A DNA stretch of 60,231 nt, counting the filler, from Sphacelaria rigidula (lineage: Eukaryota): the NCBI GenBank assembly GCA_964200075.2. It is 4 parts of 4 records of this genome, joined end to end, with 100 filler letters (N's around TTAATTAATTAA, not from the genome) between each part and the next. Parts side by side here need not be neighbours in the genome. Positions count along the whole stretch, not along the records: positions 30,169 to 45,150 come from CAXNAA020001966.1; positions 45,251 to 60,231 come from CAXNAA020001967.1; 2 more parts are not named here. One strand, written 5' to 3'. Below the pieces are notes generated by a model, which was given only the letters and a program-made list of their open reading frames with translations, did no database searches and was not told where the DNA came from. Positions within the stretch are counted from its first letter, which is position 1. Each line of letters opens with the position of its first letter. The translations under genes and the position numbers were made by a program. Below, in pieces: positions 34,330-45,469 of this stretch.

Positions 34330-36702
34330 TCAAGTAGAACATCTGGCCAACTCGTGCGGCGTATCAGCTATCTCATCACCCTCCGTCCCCAGCCGTGCCG
34401 CCTTGATCGCCAGCACCCGCAGGAACAACACCTCCGCCTCCACCGACCGGTCCAGTTGAGTCAAACATGTGGCCAACGCGTGCAGCGTATGTGCTACCCG
34501 CAAATGCTCCATGCCCAACCTCGCCTCCCTAATCCCCAGAGCTCGTCGCAACAGTATCTCCGCCTCCCCCGCCCGGTCCAGTTGAGTCAAACATCTCGCC
34601 AACTCGTGCAGCGTGTAGGCTACCTGAAGATCCTCCGCCCCTAACCTCGCCTCTTTAATCATCAGGGCTCGTCGAAAGAACGACTCCGCTTCTTCTGTCC
34701 GACCCAGTTGAGTCAAACATTCGGCTAAGTCGTGCAGCACTACTGCCACAGGTATCGCACTGATCCCCAGCCTTGTTTCTCTGCTCCCCAGCGATTGGCG
34801 AAACAAAACTTCTGCTTCTTCCAATCGTTCAGATCCCATTGCACAGTCGGCTAACCCAAGCAGCGCATCCACGACATCTGCGGAGTCACCATCGAGGTTT
34901 GCTTTCTTCGCTGCCTCTAGTGCCCGCCTAAACCACGGCTCAGATTTATCCATTCGCCCCAACGTATAGTAACACAAACCAAGCATGTGAAGGGATCTCA
35001 CATCCTCGGAAGTAGCAGCGGCTTGGCCATCGAACCCCAACCGCTCTTCAGCTATGGCCACCAAAGGTTCCATCAAACGTTGAAGACGCCGACTCTTCAC
35101 TTGATCTCGGTCTCTCACCGATAGCTCACAGTGCCAAAGTGCAGTGAGAGAAGCATGCACATTTGCAACCGGATTCCCCCTGCATCGTTCCCATACTTCC
35201 CACATCACGGCCTCAGCACCATGAAAATCACGATTCGCGTTATACAGCTCTGCCACAGCCTCCGCCGAACGGAAATACCACCGATCCAAGGAGTCTAACG
35301 CAGATAGCGCAGAATCGTACGGGTGCAACTCGCGCAACCCTTTGCCCCCCACGAGCTCAACCACCTGCCATAGGCCTAGAAGGCCGTACACTTCAAATGA
35401 CCGCACCACCTCCAAAGAGCATAAATAAGTTTGCCATCTCTCCACAACCTCTCGGCGTATATCCTCACGATCATCGACAATAGTCCTCCTAGCGAATTCC
35501 GAACGAGCGTCGTGCATGCGAAACAGACCAGGCCCTGCCGCGGAGATGATGGCCCACCGCTCCAGAGCTGCCACCACTTGCCCAGCCTGCTCTAGATCGT
35601 GCTCTGAGTGCTCGTGGCCGAACAACAACACACAAGCCTTGAAAACCTCGAATGCGTGACCACTTGGCAATACCGCCAGGGCTAGGTAGAGCCACCAGCT
35701 CTGCGAATCCTCGGCCCCAAGGCACTTGAAGCCGGCTTGAAAAATCGCGATGCATTTTCTCGCACTGGAGGCTCTATCTTCGTTCACACCATCAGTAACA
35801 CCGAGGTGGTTTTCCTCCTGAATCTTGTTCAGATGATTGCGAATGACAGCGACAGCCTTGAGCCATGGACCTACATCGCTCCTCCCGTTTACCAACGTCC
35901 ACCTTGCCACGGACTCAACGTACATGGGAATGTAGTCGCATAGCTCCAACAACTCGTACACAGGTTCCGGTAAACGAGCGCCCTCGGGCAGCTCGGCGGC
36001 ACTAGACACCAGTGCCTCCGCCTCCTGCCGCCTAAGCCGCTCCACCACGATCACCTTGCCCCCGGCGTTGTGTACCAAAGCCGGATCTCGGGTTGTGAGC
36101 AGCACCCGCATACCGGTCTTTCGCAGCTCCTGCACGACTTCCGACTCCCACACGTCGTCCACCACCAGCAGGCAATGCCGACCTTGGCGCTTTAATACCT
36201 CTTGGACATACGCTGTGCCGTTCTTCGGATCGGTCGGCGACTGTCCGGGAGGATATCCCCTGCTATGCAGCACGTTCTCGTGCACCTTTTGCGCCAGGTC
36301 CTGCATCAAACCTGGTAGGCGCTCGGCCGCATCCCTACCCACATGGAGCCACACCACGCCATCTTGGAACAGGGCCCGCACTCGGCTCAGCCGCTGGAGA
36401 GCCTGTTGACGTGTTTCCCCGTCCAGGCGTCGGACCACACCCACCCCATGTCTAACCACCATGGCCGCAGCGGTGGTCTTGCCTGATCCACTACGGCCCA
36501 CTAACCCTGCCATCCACGGACTGCCATCGGCGACAAAGTGGTTGTATACGTCGTCCACCACCGTGTTGCGCACGACATGCCAGACCTTGGCTTTTGGAGC
36601 ACCCTCTGGCACTGCTGAAAGCTTTGGTAATGACAGAGAAGTACGGGCGAGGAGATTGTTTATGTCTTCCCGTGTTTCCAGAGTCTCTCTCACAACACGG
36701 TT
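34330..36702 (-). CDS. NB-ARC (STAND NTPase) - TPR repeat protein, NLR-like; large exon, N-terminal exons unresolved
   Basis: ~790-codon open frame. Walker A GRSGSGKTT, Walker B LLVVDDVWE, sensor VLLTTRD, MHD motif FRMHD, then about five 42-aa TPR repeats. Polypyrimidine-CAG acceptor at 36703. Confidence 0.9.
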   Translation of the reverse strand, partial: NRVVRETLETREDINNLLARTSLSLPKLSAVPEGAPKAKVWHVVRNTVVDDVYNHFVADGSPWMAGLVGRSGSGKTTAAAMVVRHGVGVVRRLDGETRQQALQRLSRVRALFQDGVVWLHVGRDAAERLPGLMQDLAQKVHENVLHSRGYPPGQSPTDPKNGTAYVQEVLKRQGRHCLLVVDDVWESEVVQELRKTGMRVLLTTRDPALVHNAGGKVIVVERLRRQEAEALVSSAAELPEGARLPEPVYELLELCDYIPMYVESVARWTLVNGRSDVGPWLKAVAVIRNHLNKIQEENHLGVTDGVNEDRASSARKCIAIFQAGFKCLGAEDSQSWWLYLALAVLPSGHAFEVFKACVLLFGHEHSEHDLEQAGQVVAALERWAIISAAGPGLFRMHDARSEFARRTIVDDREDIRREVVERWQTYLCSLEVVRSFEVYGLLGLWQVVELVGGKGLRELHPYDSALSALDSLDRWYFRSAEAVAELYNANRDFHGAEAVMWEVWERCRGNPVANVHASLTALWHCELSVRDRDQVKSRRLQRLMEPLVAIAEERLGFDGQAAATSEDVRSLHMLGLCYYTLGRMDKSEPWFRRALEAAKKANLDGDSADVVDALLGLADCAMGSERLEEAEVLFRQSLGSRETRLGISAIPVAVVLHDLAECLTQLGRTEEAESFFRRALMIKEARLGAEDLQVAYTLHELARCLTQLDRAGEAEILLRRALGIREARLGMEHLRVAHTLHALATCLTQLDRSVEAEVLFLRVLAIKAARLGTEGDEIADTPHELARCST

Positions 36703-37161
36703 CTGGAGAGACCAAAACAAACGATGGGCACATCGGGGAGGGACTGTTACAAGAGAGAACGATCAACTACAGGAATTAAACATCACCTTACGGAAACATC
36801 AATATCGTGCTTCGTAGGGCTGTCATCGTTCATCAAGGTGGGCTATCAGATGTCTGAGAAGCAATACGTTGTACGCAGAAGCATTTGCTCTTTTGGCCTT
36901 GAAATATGTTCGGGTTGAATCTGAAATTGTGGACGGAGCAAGTGCCGTACAAAATTTGTACACATACCGTGCAAGGCAGCAGTCGACCAAAAATATTCAG
37001 TGTCACCTCCGAACGACAAGAGGAAGAAACAAGGGCGGGTTTGCAAGGACTACTACAAATGACAGTTGAGAACAACCTTGAAGTGTGGTGTTTCTAATCT
37101 ATGACAGCATAAACTAGACGAGTGTAGGAAATGGCTTGTGAGTTGTAAAATATGACAGCTG

Positions 37162-37559
37162 TAATCGATTATACTTACGCTCCAGGATCTGCCTGGGCAC
37201 AGGGGAAATGGATATCAAGATTGAGTCGTGACATACAGGGGAAGTACGAGTAAGAGACTAGTCCTGTTATTTGAGGTATACCCGATGTGGTGCTTGCACT
37301 ACAAATCTACTGGGGGCACACGCCTTTTCGCGTGCCAAAAATATGGAATCATGACGTGTGATTTTGTATGAACGATTTCCCGCCCCCACTTGATTCAGTT
37401 AGGTGTTCTTTCGGTGTATTCTGATTCAGTGGTGGTTTCAGTGTGTGTGAGTGGGCAAATATGGATGAATTAATTACATACATGATACCTGGTCTCAACT
37501 GGCCATGCAGGCCTACAACTTCCCGCGACAATAAACCCGGTGCATGAGGCTTCCTATTA
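37162..37559 (+). repeat. 5' LTR (398 bp)
   Basis: TAATCGATTA...CCTATTA; about 8 substitutions and one 2-bp indel versus the other copy (manual count). Confidence 0.92.
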
Positions 37560-39456
37560 TGCTAGCATGACCTGGGCTAGGGCTCATGTACGGACTGCTA
37601 GGGATTTACACGTCGTAGGCTTAGATCAGGCTACGCTTCGCTCAGGCGACCTCAAGGTTTTCTTAAAACGTCAAACATGATAAAAAGTATCTCTACGGTA
37701 TTCAAAAGGAGAGTTAAAACGTGTTTTTCAACGAGGCATCGAAACGCGCATACGCCGCAAACAAGGAGGACAACAACATCAACGGACAGCATTGCAGCAC
37801 TACAAGAGCTAACTGGACAGTACGGTGTACACAAGATCGGCAGCGGAAACACCCCTCGACACGCGCGTCACCAACACTATAATCCAAACGCCAGTGAGCA
37901 GCTAGATCAAGGACAACAAAATCTCAGCTTCTCAGCTTCTATCTCAGATGGGTGGAGGAGCCCCGAAGGTATGTAGTCATTTTGTTTTTGAATTTTTGGG
38001 CTAACCGGAGCAGTACGCGGTACCCAAGATCGGCAGCGGTAATATCCCTCGACACGCGCATCACCAACTCTAGCATCCGAACGCCAATGAACAAGCCACG
38101 TCCAGGACGACAACGTCATCAGCTTCCCAGCTTCTACTTCAACACGAGCCGCAGTGCTCACAAAGGCACGTTTTCCCTTTTGATTTTTTTCCTTCGATTG
38201 AACATCAAATCTTGATAGAACAACCAGGGTCGAAGAGTAGGATGACTCCAAGAATGTTTTGTTATCGGTAAGTAGTCATGCTATTCTAGTTTGCGAGTTG
38301 CTTTGCGTTTTTTCTTGCTTTCTAGAGTGACATATGTCCTTGTTCTTCTGTTGAACTGGGGGTGTTATACAACGCTACACTCAATTGATACCTCGTCACG
38401 TGTACCATGTCGAAGATTCATTTTGAAGGCGTACAGTCGGATTGTTTTTGTTGGCAGTATATTGCCCTTCCCTTTATCCCTTGTTTCTTTCATTTAGCAT
38501 CACGCCCTGCTCGCTCTCTAGTGAGACGGAGCGCAGGTGTGATTTTGGAGTATTCTATGTGTGCCCTACTTTGGTTCTTATCTGTTTGAGACTTTGGTTT
38601 TTTCCTTTCTCCTCTGCACAATGATATAATCCCCTTGACTGTAGAAGGGGGTGTTATATTCCGTCATCTATGGTAGTTGAACTTACATTTATGACTCGAG
38701 ATGATTTCGACGAGAAATGTTGCGTTACACAGACATGTTGCCTTGTGTGCACAACCACTTGTGTTCCAAACTGTATGGGTTGGAAGTCAGGACTTCAACT
38801 GACCGCAATGTACTGTACAGGAGGGCAAAATCACATTGGCTGGTGATATGAGATGTGGTTGTTTTTGTGTTCACAGATATTGAGCGCTGAAGAAAAACGT
38901 TGAGCACGCCGATTGCAAACATGAACGGAATTGCGAAGTATAGTTATGAACGATTCCACGTAGCATTCTCTCATGTCAACTGATTCTGTGTGCTGTTCTC
39001 CAGGCTAATTACTGCTTGTAGACCGTACTGCATTACAGTCTGCTGTGTATTGGCGTATGATCAAAGTACCATGTCCTGCAATAACGGCACATTTCTCATG
39101 CTGCGGGCAAATGCGAACCAATGCATGATTTTTGTTTTTTCGTTTCTACAGATTGTTTGTTGAGCATGCTGATCAATCTTGGATTCATAGGTATACTTTG
39201 GGAAGCCTTATGCATATACTGTTTGTAGAGCGTACATGGTTCCCCGCATACAAGCATGCCATGTAGAGGGAAACACGTTGAGCAAGCATGTACTGTTTGA
39301 AATTTCCATGTTTTCCCTGGTTAATCAAAATTATTGATCCACAGTATAGTATAGCTTGACGAACTTGTGTGATCTACATTGAGTGCAGTTGACTTGATTT
39401 AGTTCTTGCGAACCAGCAAAATACAGAACTACTGCGTGTGTGAGTTGTCGTTCCAT

Positions 39457-39685
39457 CCATTCTAGATGCCAGTATACACCTTTCGGTATATGTGGGCGCA
39501 CCAGCCGGAGTCTGACAGGAGGAGGATCAACACAAGATTTGTCTTTGTTCCTTCTTTTTCTTTCGTACTCCACCTCCTGGGATGCTTGTGTATATATTTT
39601 TTTCGCGAGGAAAGTTAAGCGCAGTCCCTTCCCCTGCTGGGGTCCGCTCGTCGACCGTTAGGGCAGATTTTGTGTACCCACGGCA
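39457..39685 (+). mobile_element. Probable diverged SINE/LINE 3'-UTR repeat nested in the LTR element
   Basis: GCACCAGCCGG...ACAGGAGGA...CTCGTCGACCGT...ATTTTGTGTACCCACG resembles, from recollection only, an abundant brown-algal interspersed repeat; single copy in this window. Confidence 0.4.
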
Positions 39686-41850
39686 TGATACTGTGAATTG
39701 TTTTTGACGGCGTTGCGGCGAAAGGCGCATGGGTTTATCGGGGAGGACTTTCATATTTGATATGATGGATGTACGGTGATCTCGAATATTTTTCGCATTT
39801 TTGCATGAAATACAACGGACGACTTATTCTTGCGACATTTCTTCCCGCACGCGTGCCCTGCCCCCGATGCTGTGAGCCAATGTTTATGGCGAGGCAAGTG
39901 CTTTCGAACCCAGGCGGATGTGCACAAAAAATGGCGAAGCCCAAACCGTGACACCGCAAGAACCAAACCGAAACAGCAACCGCGGCCTGGGCGACGACAA
40001 CACAACCGCTTGGGGGACCTAGCAGGAGCCAGGGCCGGAACAAAACACGCTTTGGCATTTAGGTTTTTATCGTTTGATTTCTTTGGGAGTTTGGATTTGA
40101 TTCGGAATACTTTCGTCTCGTTATTCGCAGCAACGTGACATGCCAACCATGTGAAACGTCCCGTGGTTGCAGTTTTTGTTTGATTGTTTTAGTTTTTGTT
40201 CCCTACGCCCTACGAAGTACTACCGTAGTTTGGTTATGATTTTTTTAACTTGATCCTTCACATGATTGCAATGATTTTGGAATTATCGAGAAAGAAAATA
40301 ATGGGGGGGAATTTACTCTTTGCTTCCATGATTCTCTTTTCGGGTAATTAAAAACGAAAAAAACTCATGTGATGGAGTTATCCATAACGGAGTATTTTGG
40401 GAGAAAAATCATGTGATGGGGTGATCCACGGCGGGGTATTTTGGATAATTTGATCTGTCGGTCATGGATTTCGAGAGGGAATTTGATATTTTGCGATCCG
40501 CGCTAAAACGTTTTTGACAAAGTGATTCACCGGCTCTGGATTTTGGGTTGGACATTCTCAATTGCGGAAAGAACATGGCGTGGATTCAACCTCGAGTATA
40601 CTTCCGAGAGTGGAACGGTTTTTAGTCTTGGGTGTCCCTAAACAGTTGACTATCCACCCGCCGTTCAACATGCGGGACTGACTATGCAGGAGGATGACTC
40701 ACGATCATTGACTGTGGGGCCATCGGTTTTATATTTTTCATGTACTACCTGGAAGCAATACCCCCTGCAAATCAATATGTAATTTTGAATCGTGGGGGGC
40801 GTTTTAATACGGAGAAATCTATGTCATATTCTCCCCAGGGTGTAGCGCTTATTCAAGGAGTAATATCCGTCCCGATATTTGGTTAAGTGTACTGTTTATG
40901 CAGAGTAATTTCTTATTCGACTTCTTTGCATGCACCTGGACTTTGGTGTACGGGGATTGATCCTTGTGAAAGAGAAAATATTCTAAGAGTGGGACGATGA
41001 GTTGACGATTATGGGAATTTATCGGGCCGGATGAAGAGCGAAATTTGCATCAAAGATCAGTAATTCGAAATTAAGTGGACTGATCAACCGCGAATTTTGG
41101 TTACAATTTTTTTAATCCTTGCAGAGTTTGGTTTTATGTTCCGAGATTCTTCCTGATAGGATACAATCAGTAGAAGTCGTTGTGAAATGATCGAGTGTGC
41201 TGGTACATTAATTTTCTCTGGGTATTCTAGGGTCCATGAAATGAACGAGGTTCAGAAAAGATGTTTTTCGTGTTCTGACATGAAGGGATCCAAGCTTTCA
41301 AGTTTTCACTGGTGTGGGTTATATCAACTATTCTAGGCAGTTGATAGATGGTCGACATCAGGGAGGCTAATGATGTTTTGAAAGTGACTGTGTCTTGCTT
41401 TTCTAGGATACAGAGTGCTACAAACAGAAGCAGGTCTTGTGTTCTCATGTTGGGGCAGATGGGAAATCTATGTATTTTTGTATTTGAGCATACCTCTAGT
41501 TTGAGCGATTTGAACTTGAATTGATTCGATGAATTTTCTTCTCGAACCCGAGGGGAAGTGGTACTCACACCACTGCTGCAAATTTCATTTTGCAGTGTTT
41601 ATTTTGCATACTATTTCGAGGAGTCATGTTATTGTTCGCTGGAATAATATCTCGGTCACTGGACATGTTGACTGCAGACACTTGCCTGATGTAGACCGTG
41701 TTGGAGACGGTATGTTGAATCGAATTTCACATAGACAACAGCATCTTGTTACCATGAAAATAGTGCGTTTTTGACATATTCGAGTATTGGAAGGTTGAGT
41801 GCGTTGTATTCAGGATAAACTATCAGTCCTAGAGCCGTAAGCAGGGAGGC

Positions 41851-42250
41851 TAATCGATTATACTTACGCTCCAGGATCTGCCTGGGCACAGGGGAAATGG
41901 ATATCAAGATTGGGTCATGACATACAGGGGAAGTACGAGTAAGAGACTAGTCCTGTTATTTGAGGTATACCCGATGTGGTGCTTGCACTACAAATCTACT
42001 GGGGGCACACGTCTTTTCGCGTGCCAAAAATATGGAATCATGACGTGTGATTTTGTATGAACGATTTCCCGCCCCCACTTGATTCAGTTAGGTGTTCTTT
42101 CGGTGTATTCTGATCCAGCGGTGGTTTCAGTGTGTGTGTGAGTGGGCAAATATGGATGAATTAATTACATACATGATACCTGGTCTCAACTGGCCATGCA
42201 GGCCTACAACTTCCCGCGACAACGCACCCGGTGCATGAGGCTTCCTATTA
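41851..42250 (+). repeat. 3' LTR (400 bp)
   Basis: Direct repeat of 37162-37559, followed by TSD AGCTG. Confidence 0.92.
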
Positions 42251-42649
42251 AGCTGGAATTGCTCTCCATGTGCTGTCGTCATTGTTCACCTGCGTCTGAA
42301 GAGAGTAATGTGCGCTCGCCCTATTCACACGAATACGTCGCATTGTTATACAATTGTTCCCTCGTGATATTGCTTCAACCTTTTATAACACAGGCCGGGT
42401 ATAGAGGTAAATGCCCCTATTAAGATACAGTACCAAGTACTATATAAGTAGTTTTTTCAGTCGTTTATCACGCCGCGAATACGGTTCGTTTTATATTATG
42501 TTTTCTGCTGCGTGTGCGCAAGAGCACGGCGCTTCGTTTAAGCTACTGTGCGTGCCTATATAATCAAAAAGCTTTGTTACACAGCACGGCGCATGAGCGC
42601 GTTTGTATTATTCTCCAATTTTAGATTTTTTATTGATCGGCTGCTAAGC

Positions 42650-43130
42650 ATGTAGAGAGCAAGGGTGGACCCAGAACGTGCAGCAGAGACCGTAAAAGCG
42701 GTACACAGCGGTGGCATGCCCTTGCGTGCTGCTGCAAAGACCTTTGACATCTCCGTTACTTCGCTGCAGAAGCGTGTCAATGATAGCGTGGGCATAGCCG
42801 GCAGTGTTGGCCCGGGTACTGTACTGTTGCTGGCGGAAGAAAGTTTCATCGAAGATATTCTGAAATTTGCCGCAGCTCGTGAAGTGGGTCTGAAAATTGG
42901 ACAACCTTGATTATGGCTTTCTGGACCCGGCAGGAGGCCCAGGTCGAATATGGCTCGATTTATTCCTCCGGAGGCACCCGCGGCTAGCGGAGCGCCGCAG
43001 CCGCATCTACGAGGCCGACAGGGTGGTGGCTGACAAAGAAGATCGCACGCGGGAGTTTTATACGGCCTGGCAGGACTACATGTGCAAGGAGAAACGAGCA
43101 ACCGAGCACATGTGGAACATTTGACGAGGA
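42650..43130 (+). pseudogene. pogo/Fot1-like (Tc1/mariner) transposase N-terminal remnant
   Basis: HTH_psq-like MPLRAAAKTFDISVTSLQKRV, CENP-B-like GRIWLDLFLRRHPRL, ending at the MWN.DE first catalytic motif; frameshifted. Confidence 0.8.
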
Positions 43131-45150
43131 AGGTGCTTTACGGTCTATTAGGAGACGTTCCGTTTATTGATACAACGCATATGTATAGCTAGCGCCAGAG
43201 GCTGTTGCTGTGGAGTGGTGTTTGTCTGCTCTCAGGTATGCCGCGTTTGTAGCAGTATTGTTCTCGCCGCATTCTTAGCCCACACAGCACTTGGCGGTTC
43301 TCTGCTCAATGCTGTCTCGGCGTGTTCTGTTTTTTGCACTTGCTCCTTATAGAGGAACTGCCTATACTGTCTGTAGAGGTGTTGCAAGTACCGTCATTAG
43401 AGGTGGTGCCAGTACTGTGCGTACCACCCGATACTCGACGTACAACTCGGTACCGTACAACCGTATCACGTAATGCCCACGCCCGCTCTCCTCCCCCTAC
43501 ACACGTCACTTGTGGTCATCTTCGCCACAGGTGTCACTCCTCAAAGTACCAAGACGTGGAGGTCATCGCCGAGAAAGGTTTGGTGGAGTTGTCGCCGCTT
43601 GGTTCGCTGTTTCGTGCTCGCTGCTGTCTGCGAGCTGCGTCCGCCGTTCTTGTAGTCATTGTCAATTGCATGGAAATTGTTGTGCGGTTTTGGGGGGGAC
43701 AGCAAACGTGTCTCATTGTGACTCAGTCACATCCGTCGCACACCAACATTTGCCAGAATTATGTCAAAACTAGTTCCAACTGGTTGGTGAGATAAAAACA
43801 AACGGAAAGCATGGTGCTCTCCAAACTTGTTCGTCGAGTTCAACGTTGACAAACACTGAGAAGAACGCCCACATTTGTTCGAAAAATCCGGGTATAGGCC
43901 AATTTTATCCCCGAATTGACTCTTTCCCCTCTTTGGTGCCGGAAAGTGATGCATTGTGATGCATTGTGATGCATCAAGGTTCGTGCGAAGGGAAAAGATC
44001 TGGAACGTCCCAGCTGTTCTATTTTCGTAGTCATTGTCGATTTCTGGTTAAAACTGAGTGATCAGGGGACATCACTCAACGTTCGTCATTGTACCTTAGT
44101 AACTCATGAGCACCAATTTTTGGGAGATTACTGTCAAAACGTATTTCAATGGGTTAGGAAAAAAAAGGTTTTCGTCCAGTACGGCGTTGCCAAACACAGA
44201 CTTAATGACCAGATTTGTTCGAAGAACCAGGGGATGTGCCATTTTCATCCAGTCATTTATTCATTTTTCCCTGCAAAACGGACGCACTCATGTCATAAAC
44301 ATCTGTACCCCAGGAGATTATCTGAAACGTCTCAGATTCAGAGAAATCAGTTGTTGCGTAAGTGTATCTTTATTGGTACAGAGGGTATTTTCGCTGCATT
44401 CTTCACGTTAATAGAGCCATACCCAACTGTTACTCCTGCAAGTTCATTTGAATGCTTTTAATTTTTAAGGGCTTGGGCGATCAAGGATTGAATTGTTTTT
44501 TCCGGATACCCTGGGCATTGTTCTACGCGTCATGCTCTCGAAGTAATATTGCGGACATATGCCAGGTTTGTCGTTTCATAGCACGACTCTGGAATCAAAA
44601 ATAGAAAACAAACGGTAATCCGCGACCACAAAATACTAAGTACACCATGGCTTGCAATTCAACTGCATGCGTGCTTGTGGGTCCGGACGTGAACCCTTTT
44701 GCGCTCCTTTCCTGTGTGCCGCCAGCCTGCGCTTCTTTGCATCCTCCTCTCCTCACAGAGAGTCTACTACTGGATATTACAGATGAATGGTTCTCGGGTC
44801 GCTCACCGCTTTGAAGGGGATTTGAAAGTCATCCGAGAGTGTCCAACGAAAACAATTCGAGACCTGATGCCCCTCCCTTTAATCCTGGAGTTTTTCGGGG
44901 GGGGCGTTACCAAATCCCATACATCAATAAATAAAAGAAATGAGAAAAAAAACTGCAATGTATATGAAAATAAAAAAGTCGTTTTGATGAAGCTTTTATT
45001 CTTCGCATACCTGACACTTTCTACGATAGCCCCCCCCAAAAAAGTGCATGGGTTTTGGAGGCAAAATCTTCACGCAAATCGAAATGGGAAAAGCCGAGCA
45101 TAACGAAGAGCTGGGCATTCCCACGCTTGGGTTCATTCTAGCCAATGTCG

Positions 45151-45250
45151 NNNNNNNNNNNNNNNNNNNNNNNNNNNNNNNNNNNNNNNNNNNNTTAATT
45201 AATTAANNNNNNNNNNNNNNNNNNNNNNNNNNNNNNNNNNNNNNNNNNNN
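45151..45250. other. Artificial contig linker
   Basis: N44-TTAATTAATTAA-N44. Confidence 0.99.
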
Positions 45251-45469
45251 TTCCTATCTCCGCTCGAATTCTACAACTCGCTGGGAAAATCAACCGCAGA
45301 AATCTTACGCTCGCTAGGGAAATCACCCGTCCGTACTAATCACCCGCTATTCCCGAAGTATCTTTTTCTTGAACAACTCTTATTCCTGGACGTACTTCAC
45401 AAAGTCTCATGTCTAGTGGGGAGTCTACCTAATTGGCAGAGTACAGTGTATACTACGTATTCCTCAACA
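45251..45469 (-). repeat. Partial 3' LTR of copia element
   Basis: Minus strand GAGCAGGCCGGGG|TGTTGAGGAATAC: PPT-like tract followed by TGTTG, just downstream of RNase H. Confidence 0.7.

Larger units (their letters stand above)
37162..42250 (+). mobile_element. Non-autonomous copia-derived LTR retrotransposon with TA...TA termini
   Basis: Direct repeats 37162-37559 and 41851-42250; 5-bp TSD AGCTG on both sides; PBS-like TGCTAGCATGACCTGG at 37560; PPT-like AAGCAGGGAGG before the 3' LTR; decayed copia RT motifs GAF*YGEIYVIFSPG (40796-40840) and GIDPC (~40955). Confidence 0.9.

Noticed and set aside
37171..37330. U1 snRNA-like start ATACTTAC (also at 41860)
   Set aside because: Diverges right after 8 nt (GCTCC instead of CTGG), has no recognisable U1 stem-loops or Sm site, and lies within an LTR.
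39659..40212. TAGGGC...GCCCTA as hAT termini
   Set aside because: No 8-bp TSD, and the left motif appears to be internal to another interspersed repeat.
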